Part shown: positions 27,201 through 40,930 of the stretch, in pieces
Position numbering within the stretch: the stretch's first letter is position 1
Layout of the letters: every line of letters starts with the position of its first letter
Source of the DNA: the human T2T-CHM13v2.0 reference genome, Homo sapiens
Assembly (NCBI RefSeq): GCF_009914755.1
Contig: NC_060935.1
Strand: one strand, 5' to 3'
Length of the DNA stretch: 64,000 bases
Made by a program: the position numbers and the translations under genes
Notes under the pieces: generated by a model
What the model was told of the DNA's origin: nothing
Seen by the model: the letters and a program-made list of their open reading frames with translations, nothing else
Databases searched by the model: none

Positions 27201-30200
27201 CTAACAGAGCTGAACATTCCTTTAGATGGAGCAGTTTCCAAACCCACTTTCTGTAGAATCTGCAAGTGGATATTTGGACTTCTCTGAGGATTTCGTTGGA
27301 AACGGGATAAACTTCCCAGAACTACACGGAAGCATTGTGAGAAACTTCTTTGTGATGTTTGCATTCAACTCACAGAGTTGAACCTTGCTTTCATAGTTCA
27401 GCTTTCAAACACTCTTTTTGTAGAATCTGCAAGTGGATATTTGGACCACTTTGTGGCCTTCCTTCGAAACGGGTATATCTTCACATCAAACCTAGACAGA
27501 AGCATTCTCAGAATGTTTCCTGTGATGACTGCATTCAATTTACAGAGGTGAACAATCCTGTTGATGGAGCAGTTTTGAAACTCTCTTTCTTTGGATTCTG
27601 CAAGTTGATATGTGGACCTCTGTGAAGATTTCGTTGGAAACGGGTTCATCTTCACAGAAAAACTAAACAGAAGCATTCTCAGAAACTGCTTTGTGATGTT
27701 TGTGTTCCACTTCAAGAATTGAACTTTCCTCTTGACAGAGCAGCTCTGAAACCCTCTTTTTCTAGAATCTGCAAGTGGACATTTGGAGGGCTTTGAGGCC
27801 TGTGGTGGAAAAGGAAAATCTTCGCATAAAAACTAGATGGAAGCATTCTCAGAAACTACTTTGTGATAATTGCATTCGACTCACAGAGTTGAACATTCCT
27901 ATAGATAGAGCAGGTTGTAAACAATCTTTTTGTAGAATCTGCGATTGGAGATTTGGACTGCTTTGAGGCCTACAGTAGTAAAGGAAATAACTTCATCTAA
28001 AAACCAAACGGAAGCATTCACAGACAATTCTTAGTGATCATTGCATTGAACTAACAGAGCTGAACATTCCTTTAGATGGCGCAGTTTCCAAACACACTTT
28101 CTGTAGAATCTGCAAGTGGATATTAGGACTTCTCTGAGGATTTCGTTGGAAACGGGATAAACTTCCCAGAACTACACGGAAGCATTGTGAGAAACTTCTT
28201 TCTGATGTTTGCATTCAACTCACAGAGTTGAACCTTGCTTTCATAGTTCAGCTTTCAAACACTCTTTTTGTGGAATCTGCAAGTGGATATTTGGACCACT
28301 TTGTGGCCTTCCTTCGAAACGGGTATATCTTCACATCAAACCTAGACAGAAGCATTCTCAGAATGTTTCCTGTGATGACTGCATTCAACTCACAGAGGTG
28401 AACAATCCTGTTGATGGAGCAGTTTTGAAACTCTCTTTCTTTGGATTCTGCAAGTGGATATGTGGACCTCTGTGAAGATTTCGTTGGAAACGGGTTCATC
28501 TTCACAGAAAAACTAAACAGGAGCATTCTCAGAAACTGTTTGTGATGTTTGTGTTCCACTTCAAGAATTGAACTTTCCTCTTGACAGAGCAGCTCTGAAA
28601 CCCTCTTTTTCTAGAATCTGCAAGTGGACATTTGGAGGGCTTTGAGGCCTGTGGTGGAAAAGGAAAATCTTCACATAAAAACTAGATGGAAGCATTCTCA
28701 GAAACTACTTTGTGATGATTGCATTCGACTCACAGAGTTGAACATTCCTATAGATAGAGCAGGTTGTAAACAATCTTTTTGTAGAATCTGCGATTGGAGA
28801 TTTGGACTGCTTTGAGGCCTACTGTAGTAAAGGAAATAACTTCATCTAAAAACCAAACGGAAGCATTCACAGACAATTCTTAGTGATCATTGCATTGAAC
28901 TAACAGAGCTGAACATTCCTTTAGATGGAGCAGTTTCCAAACCCACTTTCTGTAGAATCTGCAAGTGGATATTTGGACTTCTCTGAGGATTTCGTTGGAA
29001 ACGGGATAAACTTCCCAGAACTACACGGAAGCATTGTGAGAAACTTCTTTGTGATGTTTGCATTCAACTCACAGAGTTGAACCTTGCTTTCATAGTTCAG
29101 CTTTCAAACACTCTTTTTGTAGAATCTGCAAGTGGATATTTGGACCACTTTGTGGCCTTCCTTCGAAACGGGTATATCTTCACATCAAACCTAGACAGAA
29201 GCATTCTCAGAATGTTTCCTGTGATGACTGCATTCAACTCACAGAGATGAACAATCCTGTTGATGGAGCAGTTTTGAAACTCTCTTTCTTTGGATTCTGC
29301 AAGTGGATATGTGGACCTCTGTGAAGATTTCGTTGGAAACGGGTTCATCTTCACAGAAAAACTAAACAGGAGCATTCTCAGAAACTGCTTTGTGATGTTT
29401 GTGTTCCACTTCAAGAATTGAACTTTCCTCTTGACAGAGCAGCTCTGAAACCCTCTTTTTCTAGAATCTGCAAGTGGACATTTGGAGGGCTTTGAGGCCT
29501 GTGGTGGAAAAGGAAAATCTTCACATAAAAACTAGATGGAAGCATTCTCAGAAACTACTTTGTGATGATTGCATTCGACTCACAGAGTTGAACATTCCTA
29601 TAGATAGAGCAGGTTGTAAACAATCTTTTTGTAGAATCTGCGATTGGAGATTTGGACTGCTTTGAGGCCTACTGTAGTAAAGGAAATAACTTCATCTAAA
29701 AACCAAACGGAAGCATTCACAGACAATTCTTAGTGATCATTGCATTGAACTAGCAGAGCTGAACATTCCTTTATATGGTGCAGTTTCCAAACACACTTTC
29801 TGTAGAATCTGCAAGTGGATATTTGGACCTCTCTGAGGATTTCGTTGGAAACGGGATAAACTTCCCAGAACTACACGGAAGCATGCTGAGAAACTTCTTT
29901 GTGATGTTTGCATTCAACTCACAGAGTTGAACCTTGCTTTCATAGTTCAGCTTTCAAACACTCTTTTTGTAGAATCTGCAAGTGGATATTTGGACCACTT
30001 TGTGGCCTTCCTTCGAAACGGGTATATCTTCACATCAAACCTAGACAGAAGCATTCTCAGAATGTTTCCTGTGATGACTGCATTCAACTCACAGAGGTGA
30101 ACAATCCTGTTGATGGAGCAGTTTTGAAACTCTCTTTCTTTGGATTCTGCAAGTTGATATGTGGACCTCTGTGAAGATTTCGTTGGAAACGGGTTCATCT

Positions 30201-30264
30201 TCACAGAAAAACTAAACAGGAGCATTCTCAGAAACTGCTTTGTGATGTTTGTGTTCCTCTTCAA

Positions 30265-33200
30265 GAATTGAACTTTCCTCTTGACAGAGCAGCTCTGAAA
30301 ACCTCTTTTTCTAGAATCTGCAAGTGGACATTTGGAGGGCTTTGAGGCCTGTGGTGGAAAAGGAAAATCTTCACATAAAAACTAGATGGAAGCATTCTCA
30401 GAAACTACTTTGTGATGATTGCATTCGACTCACAGAGTTGAACATTCCTATAGATAGAGCAGGTTGTAAACAATCTTTTTGTAGAATCTGCGATTGGAGA
30501 TTTGGACTGCTTTGAGGCCTACTGTAGTAAAGGAAATAACTTCATCTAAAAACCAAACGGAAGCATTCACAGACAATACTTAGTGATCATTGCATTGAAC
30601 TAACAGAGCTGAACATTCCTTTATATGGTGCAGTTTCCAAACACACTTTCTGTAGAATCTGCAAGTGGATATTTAGACCTCTCTGAGGATTTCGTTGGAA
30701 ACGGGATAAACTTCCCAGAACTACACGGAAGCATGCTGAGAAACTTCTTTGTGATGTTTGCATTCAACTCACAGAGTTGAACCTTGCTTTCATAGTTCAG
30801 CTTTCAAACACTCTTTTTGTAGAATCTGCAAGTGGATATTTGGACCACTTTGTGGCCTTCCTTCGAAACGGGTATATCTTCACATCAAACCTAGACAGAA
30901 GCATTCTCAGAATGTTTTCTGTGATGACTGCATTCAACTCACAGAGGTGAAGAATCCTGCTGATGGAGCAGTTTTGAAACTCTCTTTCTTTGGATTCTGC
31001 AAGTGGATATGTGGACCTCTGTGAAGATTTCGTTGGAAACGGGTTCATCTTCACAGAAAAACTAAACAGAAGCATTTTCAGAAACTGCTTTGTGATGTTT
31101 GTGTTCCACTTCAGGAATTGAACTTTCCTCTTGACAGAGCAGCTCTGAAACCCTCTTATTCTAGAATCTGCAAGTGGAAATTTGGAGGGCTTTGAGGCCT
31201 GTGGTGGAAAAGGAAAATCTTCACATAAAAACTAGATGGAAGCATTCTCAGAAACTACTTTGTGATGATTGCATTCGACTCACAGAGTTGAACATTCCTA
31301 TAGATAGAGCAGGTTGTAAACAATCTTTTTGTAGAATCTGCGATTGGAGATTTGGACTGCTTTGAGGCCTACTGTAGTAAAGGAAATAACTTCATCTAAA
31401 AACCAAACGGAAGCATTCACAGACAATTCTTAGTGATCATTGGATTGAACTAACAGAGCTGAACATTCCTTTAGATGGAGTAGTTTCCAAACACACTTTC
31501 TGTAGAATCTGCAAGTGGATATTTGGACTTCTCTGAGGATTTCGTTGGAAACGGGATAAACTTCCCAGAACTACACGGAAGCATTGTGAGAAACTTCTTT
31601 GTGATGTTTGCATTCAACTCACAGAGTTGAACCTTGCTTTCATAGTTCAGCTTTCAAACACTCTTTTTGTAGAATCTGCAAGTGGATATTTGGACCACTT
31701 TGTGGCCTTCCTTCGAAACGGGTATATCTTCACATCAAACCTAGACAGAAGCATTCTCAGAATGTTTCCTGTGATGACTGCATTCAACTCCCAGAGGTGA
31801 ACAATCCTGCTGATGGAGCAGTTTTGAAACTCTCTTTCTTTGGATTCTGCAAGTGGATATGTGGACCTCTGTGAAGATTTCCTTGGAAACGGGTTCATCT
31901 TCACAGAAAAACTAAACAGGAGCATTCTCAGAAACTGCTTTGTGATGTTTGTGTTCCACTTCAAGAATTGAACTTTCCTCTTGACAGAGCAGCTCTGAAA
32001 CCCTCTTTTTCTAGAATCTGCAAGTGGACATTTGGAGGGCTTTGAGGCCTGTGGTGGAAAAGGAAAATCTTCACATAAAAACTAGATGGAAGCATTCTCA
32101 GAAACTACTTTGTGATGATTGCATTCGACTCACAGAGTTGAACATTCCTATAGATAGAGCAGGTTGTAAACAATCTTTTTGTAGAATCTGCGATTGGAGA
32201 TTTGGACTGCTTTGAGGCCTACTGTAGTAAAGGAAATAACTTCATCTAAAAACCAAACGGAAGCATTCACAGACAATTCTTAGTGATCATTGGATTGAAC
32301 TAACAGAGCTGAACATTCCTTTAGATGGAGCAGTTTCCAAACCCACTTTCTGTAGAATCTGCAAGTGGATATTTGGACTTCTCTGAGGATTTCGTTGGAA
32401 AGGGGATAAACTTCCCAGAACTACACGGAAGCATGCTGAGAAACTTCTATGTGATGTTTTCATTCAACTCACAGAGTTGAACCTTGCTTTCATAGTTCAG
32501 CTTTCAAACACTCTTTTTGTAGAATCTGCAAGTGGATATTTGGACCACTTTGTGGCCTTCCTTCGAAACGGGTATATCTTCACATCAAACCTAGACAGAA
32601 GCATTCTCAGAATGTTTCCTGTGATGACTGCATTCAATTCACAGAGGTGAACAATCCTCTTGATGGAGCAGTTTTGAAACTCTCTTTCTTTGGATTCTGC
32701 AAGTGGATATGTGGACCTCTGTGAAGATTTCGTTGGAAACGGGTTCATCTTCACAGAAAAACTAAACAGAAGCATTCTCAGAAACTGCTTTGTGATGTTT
32801 GTGTTCCACTTCAAGAATTGAACTTTCCTCTTGACAGAGCAGCTCTGAAACCCTCTTTTTCTAGAATCTGCAAGTGGACATTTGGAGGGCTTTGAGGCCT
32901 GTGGTGGAAAAGGAAAATCTTCACATAAAAACTAGATGGAAGCATTCTCAGAAACTACTTTGTGATGATTGCATTCGACTCACAGAGTTGAACATTCCTA
33001 TAGATAGAGCAGGTTGTAAACAATCTTTTTGTAGAATCTGCGATTGGAGATTTGGACTGCTTTGAGGCCTACTGTAGTAAAGGAAATAACTTCATCTAAA
33101 AACCAAACGGAAGCATTCACAGACAATTCTTAGTGATCATTGGATTGAACTAACAGAGCTGAACATTCCTTTAGATGGAGCAGTTTCCAAACCCACTTTC

Positions 33201-36200
33201 TGTAGAATCTGCAAGTGGATATTTGGACTTCTCTGAGGATTTCGTTGGAAACGGGATAAACTTCCCAGAACTACACGGAAGCATTGTGAGAAACTTCTTT
33301 GTGATGTTTGCATTCAACTCACAGAGTTGAACCTTGCTTTCATAGTTCAGCTTTCAAACACTCTTTTTGTAGAATCTGCAAGTGGATATTTGGACCACTT
33401 TGTGGCCTTCCTTCGAAACGGGTATATCTTCACATCAAACCTAGACAGAAGCATTCTCAGAATGTTTCCTGTGATGACTGCATTCAACTCTCAGAGGTGA
33501 ACAATCCTGTTGATGGAGCAGTTTTGAAACTCTCTTTCTTTGGATTCTGCAAGTTGATATGTGGACCTCTGTGAAGATTTCGTTGGAAACGGGTTCATCT
33601 TCACAGAAAAACTAAACAGGAGCATTCTCAGAAACTGCTTTGTGATGTTTGTGTTCCTCTTCAAGAATTGAACTTTCCTCTTGACAGAGCAGCTCTGAAA
33701 ACCTCTTTTTCTAGAATCTGCAAGTGGACATTTGGAGGGCTTTGAGGCCTGTGGTGGAAAAGGAAAATCTTCACATAAAAACTAGATGGAAGCATTCTCA
33801 GAAACTACTTTGTGATGATTGCATTCGACTCACAGAGTTGAACATTCCTATAGATAGAGCAGGTTGTAAACAATCTTTTTGTAGAATCTGCGATTGGAGA
33901 TTTGGACTGCTTTGAGGCCTACTGTAGTAAAGGAAATAACTTCATCTAAAAACCAAACGGAAGCATTCACAGACAATTCTTAGTGATCATTGCATTGAAC
34001 TAACAGAGCTGAACATTCCTTTATATGGTGCAGTTTCCAAACACACTTTCTGTAGAATCTGCAAGTGGATATTTAGACCTCTCTGAGGATTTCGTTGGAA
34101 ACGGGATAAACTTCCCAGAACTACACGGAAGCATGCTGAGAAACTTCTTTGTGATGTTTGCATTCAACTCACAGAGTTGAACCTTGCTTTCATAGTTCAG
34201 CTTTCAAACACTCTTTTTGTAGAATCTGCAAGTGGATATTTGGACCACTTTGTGGCCTTCCTTCGAAACGGGTATATCTTCACATCAAACCTAGACAGAA
34301 GCATTCTCAGAATGTTTTCTGTGATGACTGCATTCAACTCACAGAGGTGAAGAATCCTGCTGATGGAGCAGTTTTGAAACTCTCTTTCTTTGGATTCTGC
34401 AAGTGGATATGTGGACCTCTGTGAAGATTTCGTTGGAAACGGGTTCATCTTCACAGAAAAACTAAACAGAAGCATTCTCAGAAACTGCTTTGTGATGTTT
34501 GTGTTCCACTTCAGGAATTGAACTTTCCTCTTGACAGAGCAGCTCTGAAAACCTCTTTTTCTAGAATCTGCAAGTGGACATTTGGAGGGCTTTGAGGCCT
34601 GTGGTGGAAAAGGAAAATCTTCACATAAAAACTAGATGGAAGCATTCTCAGAAACTACTTTGTGATGATTGCATTCGACTCACAGAGTTGAACATTCCTA
34701 TAGATAGAGCAGGTTGTAAACAATCTTTTTGTAGAATCTGCGATTGGAGATTTGGACTGCTTTGAGGCCTACTGTAGTAAAGGAAATAACTTCATCTAAA
34801 AACCAAACGGAAGCATTCACAGACAATACTTAGTGATCATTGCATTGAACTAACAGAGCTGAACATTCCTTTATATGGTGCAGTTTCCAAACACACTTTC
34901 TGTAGAATCTGCAAGTGGATATTTAGACCTCTCTGAGGATTTCGTTGGAAACGGGATAAACTTCCCAGAACTACACGGAAGCATGCTGAGAAACTTCTTT
35001 GTGATGTTTGCATTCAACTCACAGAGTTGAACCTTGCTTTCATAGTTCAGCTTTCAAACACTCTTTTTGTAGAATCTGCAAGTGGATATTTGGACCACTT
35101 TGTGGCCTTCCTTCGAAACGGGTATATCTTCACATCAAACCTAGACAGAAGCATTCTCAGAATGTTTTCTGTGATGACTGCATTCAACTCACAGAGGTGA
35201 AGAATCCTGCTGATGGAGCAGTTTTGAAACTCTCTTTCTTTGGATTCTGCAAGTGGATATGTGGACCTCTGTGAAGATTTCGTTGGAAACGGGTTCATCT
35301 TCACAGAAAAACTAAACAGAAGCATTTTCAGAAACTGCTTTGTGATGTTTGTGTTCCACTTCAGGAATTGAACTTTCCTCTTGACAGAGCAGCTCTGAAA
35401 CCCTCTTATTCTAGAATCTGCAAGTGGAAATTTGGAGGGCTTTGAGGCCTGTGGTGGAAAAGGAAAATCTTCACATAAAAACTAGATGGAAGCATTCTCA
35501 GAAACTACTTTGTGATGATTGCATTCGACTCACAGAGTTGAACATTCCTATAGATAGAGCAGGTTGTAAACAATCTTTTTGTAGAATCTGCGATTGGAGA
35601 TTTGGACTGCTTTGAGGCCTACTGTAGTAAAGGAAATAACTTCATCTAAAAACCAAACGGAAGCATTCACAGACAATTCTTAGTGATCATTGGATTGAAC
35701 TAACAGAGCTGAACATTCCTTTAGATGGAGTAGTTTCCAAACACACTTTCTGTAGAATCTGCAAGTGGATATTTGGACTTCTCTGAGGATTTCGTTGGAA
35801 ACGGGATAAACTTCCCAGAACTACACGGAAGCATTGTGAGAAACTTCTTTGTGATGTTTGCATTCAACTCACAGAGTTGAACCTTGCTTTCATAGTTCAG
35901 CTTTCAAACACTCTTTTTGTAGAATCTGCAAGTGGATATTTGGACCACTTTGTGGCCTTCCTTCGAAACGGGTATATCTTCACATCAAACCTAGACAGAA
36001 GCATTCTCAGAATGTTTCCTGTGATGACTGCATTCAACTCCCAGAGGTGAACAATCCTGCTGATGGAGCAGTTTTGAAACTCTCTTTCTTTGGATTCTGC
36101 AAGTGGATATGTGGACCTCTGTGAAGATTTCCTTGGAAACGGGTTCATCTTCACAGAAAAACTAAACAGGAGCATTCTCAGAAACTGCTTTGTGATGTTT

Positions 36201-39200
36201 GTGTTCCACTTCAAGAATTGAACTTTCCTCTTGACAGAGCAGCTCTGAAACCCTCTTTTTCTAGAATCTGCAAGTGGACATTTGGAGGGCTTTGAGGCCT
36301 GTGGTGGAAAAGGAAAATCTTCACATAAAAACTAGATGGAAGCATTCTCAGAAACTACTTTGTGATGATTGCATTCGACTCACAGAGTTGAACATTCCTA
36401 TAGATAGAGCAGGTTGTAAACAATCTTTTTGTAGAATCTGCGATTGGAGATTTGGACTGCTTTGAGGCCTACTGTAGTAAAGGAAATAACTTCATCTAAA
36501 AACCAAACGGAAGCATTCACAGACAATTCTTAGTGATCATTGGATTGAACTAACAGAGCTGAACATTCCTTTAGATGGAGCAGTTTCCAAACCCACTTTC
36601 TGTAGAATCTGCAAGTGGATATTTGGACTTCTCTGAGGATTTCGTTGGAAAGGGGATAAACTTCCCAGAACTACACGGAAGCATGCTGAGAAACTTCTAT
36701 GTGATGTTTTCATTCAACTCACAGAGTTGAACCTTGCTTTCATAGTTCAGCTTTCAAACACTCTTTTTGTAGAATCTGCAAGTGGATATTTGGACCACTT
36801 TGTGGCCTTCCTTCGAAACGGGTATATCTTCACATCAAACCTAGACAGAAGCATTCTCAGAATGTTTCCTGTGATGACTGCATTCAATTCACAGAGGTGA
36901 ACAATCCTCTTGATGGAGCAGTTTTGAAACTCTCTTTCTTTGGATTCTGCAAGTGGATATGTGGACCTCTGTGAAGATTTCGTTGGAAACGGGTTCATCT
37001 TCACAGAAAAACTAAACAGAAGCATTCTCAGAAACTGCTTTGTGATGTTTGTGTTCCACTTCAAGAATTGAACTTTCCTCTTGACAGAGCAGCTCTGAAA
37101 CCCTCTTTTTCTAGAATCTGCAAGTGGACATTTGGAGGGCTTTGAGGCCTGTGGTGGAAAAGGAAAATCTTCACATAAAAACTAGATGGAAGCATTCTCA
37201 GAAACTACTTTGTGATGATTGCATTCGACTCACAGAGTTGAACATTCCTATAGATAGAGCAGGTTGTAAACAATCTTTTTGTAGAATCTGCGATTGGAGA
37301 TTTGGACTGCTTTGAGGCCTACTGTAGTAAAGGAAATAACTTCATCTAAAAACCAAACGGAAGCATTCACAGACAATTCTTAGTGATCATTGGATTGAAC
37401 TAACAGAGCTGAACATTCCTTTAGATGGAGCAGTTTCCAAACCCACTTTCTGTAGAATCTGCAAGTGGATATTTGGACTTCTCTGAGGATTTCGTTGGAA
37501 ACGGGATAAACTTCCCAGAACTACACGGAAGCATTGTGAGAAACTTCTTTGTGATGTTTGCATTCAACTCACAGAGTTGAACCTTGCTTTCATAGTTCAG
37601 CTTTCAAACACTCTTTTTGTAGAATCTGCAAGTGGATATTTGGACCACTTTGTGGCCTTCCTTCGAAACGGGTATATCTTCACATCAAACCTAGACAGAA
37701 GCATTCTCAGAATGTTTCCTGTGATGACTGCATTCAACTCTCAGAGGTGAACAATCCTGTTGATGGAGCAGTTTTGAAACTCTCTTTCTTTGGATTCTGC
37801 AAGTTGATATGTGGACCTCTGTGAAGATTTCGTTGGAAACGGGTTCATCTTCACAGAAAAACTAAACAGGAGCATTCTCAGAAACTGCTTTGTGATGTTT
37901 GTGTTCCTCTTCAAGAATTGAACTTTCCTCTTGACAGAGCAGCTCTGAAAACCTCTTTTTCTAGAATCTGCAAGTGGACATTTGGAGGGCTTTGAGGCCT
38001 GTGGTGGAAAAGGAAAATCTTCACATAAAAACTAGATGGAAGCATTCTCAGAAACTACTTTGTGATGATTGCATTCGACTCACAGAGTTGAACATTCCTA
38101 TAGATAGAGCAGGTTGTAAACAATCTTTTTGTAGAATCTGCGATTGGAGATTTGGACTGCTTTGAGGCCTACTGTAGTAAAGGAAATAACTTCATCTAAA
38201 AACCAAACGGAAGCATTCACAGACAATTCTTAGTGATCATTGCATTGAACTAACAGAGCTGAACATTCCTTTATATGGTGCAGTTTCCAAACACACTTTC
38301 TGTAGAATCTGCAAGTGGATATTTAGACCTCTCTGAGGATTTCGTTGGAAACGGGATAAACTTCCCAGAACTACACGGAAGCATGCTGAGAAACTTCTTT
38401 GTGATGTTTGCATTCAACTCACAGAGTTGAACCTTGCTTTCATAGTTCAGCTTTCAAACACTCTTTTTGTAGAATCTGCAAGTGGATATTTGGACCACTT
38501 TGTGGCCTTCCTTCGAAACGGGTATATCTTCACATCAAACCTAGACAGAAGCATTCTCAGAATGTTTTCTGTGATGACTGCATTCAACTCACAGAGGTGA
38601 AGAATCCTGCTGATGGAGCAGTTTTGAAACTCTCTTTCTTTGGATTCTGCAAGTGGATATGTGGACCTCTGTGAAGATTTCGTTGGAAACGGGTTCATCT
38701 TCACAGAAAAACTAAACAGAAGCATTCTCAGAAACTGCTTTGTGATGTTTGTGTTCCACTTCAGGAATTGAACTTTCCTCTTGACAGAGCAGCTCTGAAA
38801 ACCTCTTTTTCTAGAATCTGCAAGTGGACATTTGGAGGGCTTTGAGGCCTGTGGTGGAAAAGGAAAATCTTCACATAAAAACTAGATGGAAGCATTCTCA
38901 GAAACTACTTTGTGATGATTGCATTCGACTCACAGAGTTGAACATTCCTATAGATAGAGCAGGTTGTAAACAATCTTTTTGTAGAATCTGCGATTGGAGA
39001 TTTGGACTGCTTTGAGGCCTACTGTAGTAAAGGAAATAACTTCATCTAAAAACCAAACGGAAGCATTCACAGACAATACTTAGTGATCATTGCATTGAAC
39101 TAACAGAGCTGAACATTCCTTTATATGGTGCAGTTTCCAAACACACTTTCTGTAGAATCTGCAAGTGGATATTTAGACCTCTCTGAGGATTTCGTTGGAA

Positions 39201-40930
39201 ACGGGATAAACTTCCCAGAACTACACGGAAGCATGCTGAGAAACTTCTTTGTGATGTTTGCATTCAACTCACAGAGTTGAACCTTGCTTTCATAGTTCAG
39301 CTTTCAAACACTCTTTTTGTAGAATCTGCAAGTGGATATTTGGACCACTTTGTGGCCTTCCTTCGAAACGGGTATATCTTCACATCAAACCTAGACAGAA
39401 GCATTCTCAGAATGTTTTCTGTGATGACTGCATTCAACTCACAGAGGTGAAGAATCCTGCTGATGGAGCAGTTTTGAAACTCTCTTTCTTTGGATTCTGC
39501 AAGTGGATATGTGGACCTCTGTGAAGATTTCGTTGGAAACGGGTTCATCTTCACAGAAAAACTAAACAGAAGCATTTTCAGAAACTGCTTTGTGATGTTT
39601 GTGTTCCACTTCAGGAATTGAACTTTCCTCTTGACAGAGCAGCTCTGAAACCCTCTTATTCTAGAATCTGCAAGTGGAAATTTGGAGGGCTTTGAGGCCT
39701 GTGGTGGAAAAGGAAAATCTTCACATAAAAACTAGATGGAAGCATTCTCAGAAACTACTTTGTGATGATTGCATTCGACTCACAGAGTTGAACATTCCTA
39801 TAGATAGAGCAGGTTGTAAACAATCTTTTTGTAGAATCTGCGATTGGAGATTTGGACTGCTTTGAGGCCTACTGTAGTAAAGGAAATAACTTCATCTAAA
39901 AACCAAACGGAAGCATTCACAGACAATTCTTAGTGATCATTGCATTGAACTAACAGAGCTGAACATTCCTTTAGATGGAGTAGTTTCCAAACACACTTTC
40001 TGTAGAATCTGCAAGTGGATATTTGGACTTCTCTGAGGATTTCGTTGGAAACGGGATAAACTTCCCAGAACTACACGGAAGCATTGTGAGAAACTTCTTT
40101 GTGATGTTTGCATTCAACTCACAGAGTTGAACCTTGCTTTCATAGTTCAGCTTTCAAACACTCTTTTTGTAGAATCTGCAAGTGGATATTTGGACCACTT
40201 TGTGGCCTTCCTTCGAAACGGGTATATCTTCACATCAAACCTAGACAGAAGCATTCTCAGAATGTTTCCTGTGATGACTGCATTCAACTCCCAGAGGTGA
40301 ACAATCCTGCTGATGGAGCAGTTTTGAAACTCTCTTTCTTTGGATTCTGCAAGTGGATATGTGGACCTCTGTGAAGATTTCCTTGGAAACGGGTTCATCT
40401 TCACAGAAAAACTAAACAGGAGCATTCTCAGAAACTGCTTTGTGATGTTTGTGTTCCACTTCAAGAATTGAACTTTCCTCTTGACAGAGCAGCTCTGAAA
40501 CCCTCTTTTTCTAGAATCTGCAAGTGGACATTTGGAGGGCTTTGAGGCCTGTGGTGGAAAAGGAAAATCTTCACATAAAAACTAGATGGAAGCATTCTCA
40601 GAAACTACTTTGTGATGATTGCATTCGACTCACAGAGTTGAACATTCCTATAGATAGAGCAGGTTGTAAACAATCTTTTTGTAGAATCTGCGATTGGAGA
40701 TTTGGACTGCTTTGAGGCCTACTGTAGTAAAGGAAATAACTTCATCTAAAAACCAAACGGAAGCATTCACAGACAATTCTTAGTGATCATTGGATTGAAC
40801 TAACAGAGCTGAACATTCCTTTAGATGGAGCAGTTTCCAAACCCACTTTCTGTAGAATCTGCAAGTGGATATTTGGACTTCTCTGAGGATTTCGTTGGAA
40901 AGGGGATAAACTTCCCAGAACTACACGGAA
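30265..40930 (+). repeat. Recent tandem amplification of a five-HOR block (4250-bp period, about 2.5 copies)
   Basis: Variants recur at +4250: 30578/34828/39078 (ACAATACT), 31179/35429/39679 (AAGTGGAAATTT), 31882/36132/40382, 32402/36652/40902, 33491/37741 (CTCTCAGAG) and 33658/37908 (GTTCCTCT). ORF variants (MEIW..., ...PRK..., ...SIKR...) repeat with the same period. Confidence 0.92.
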
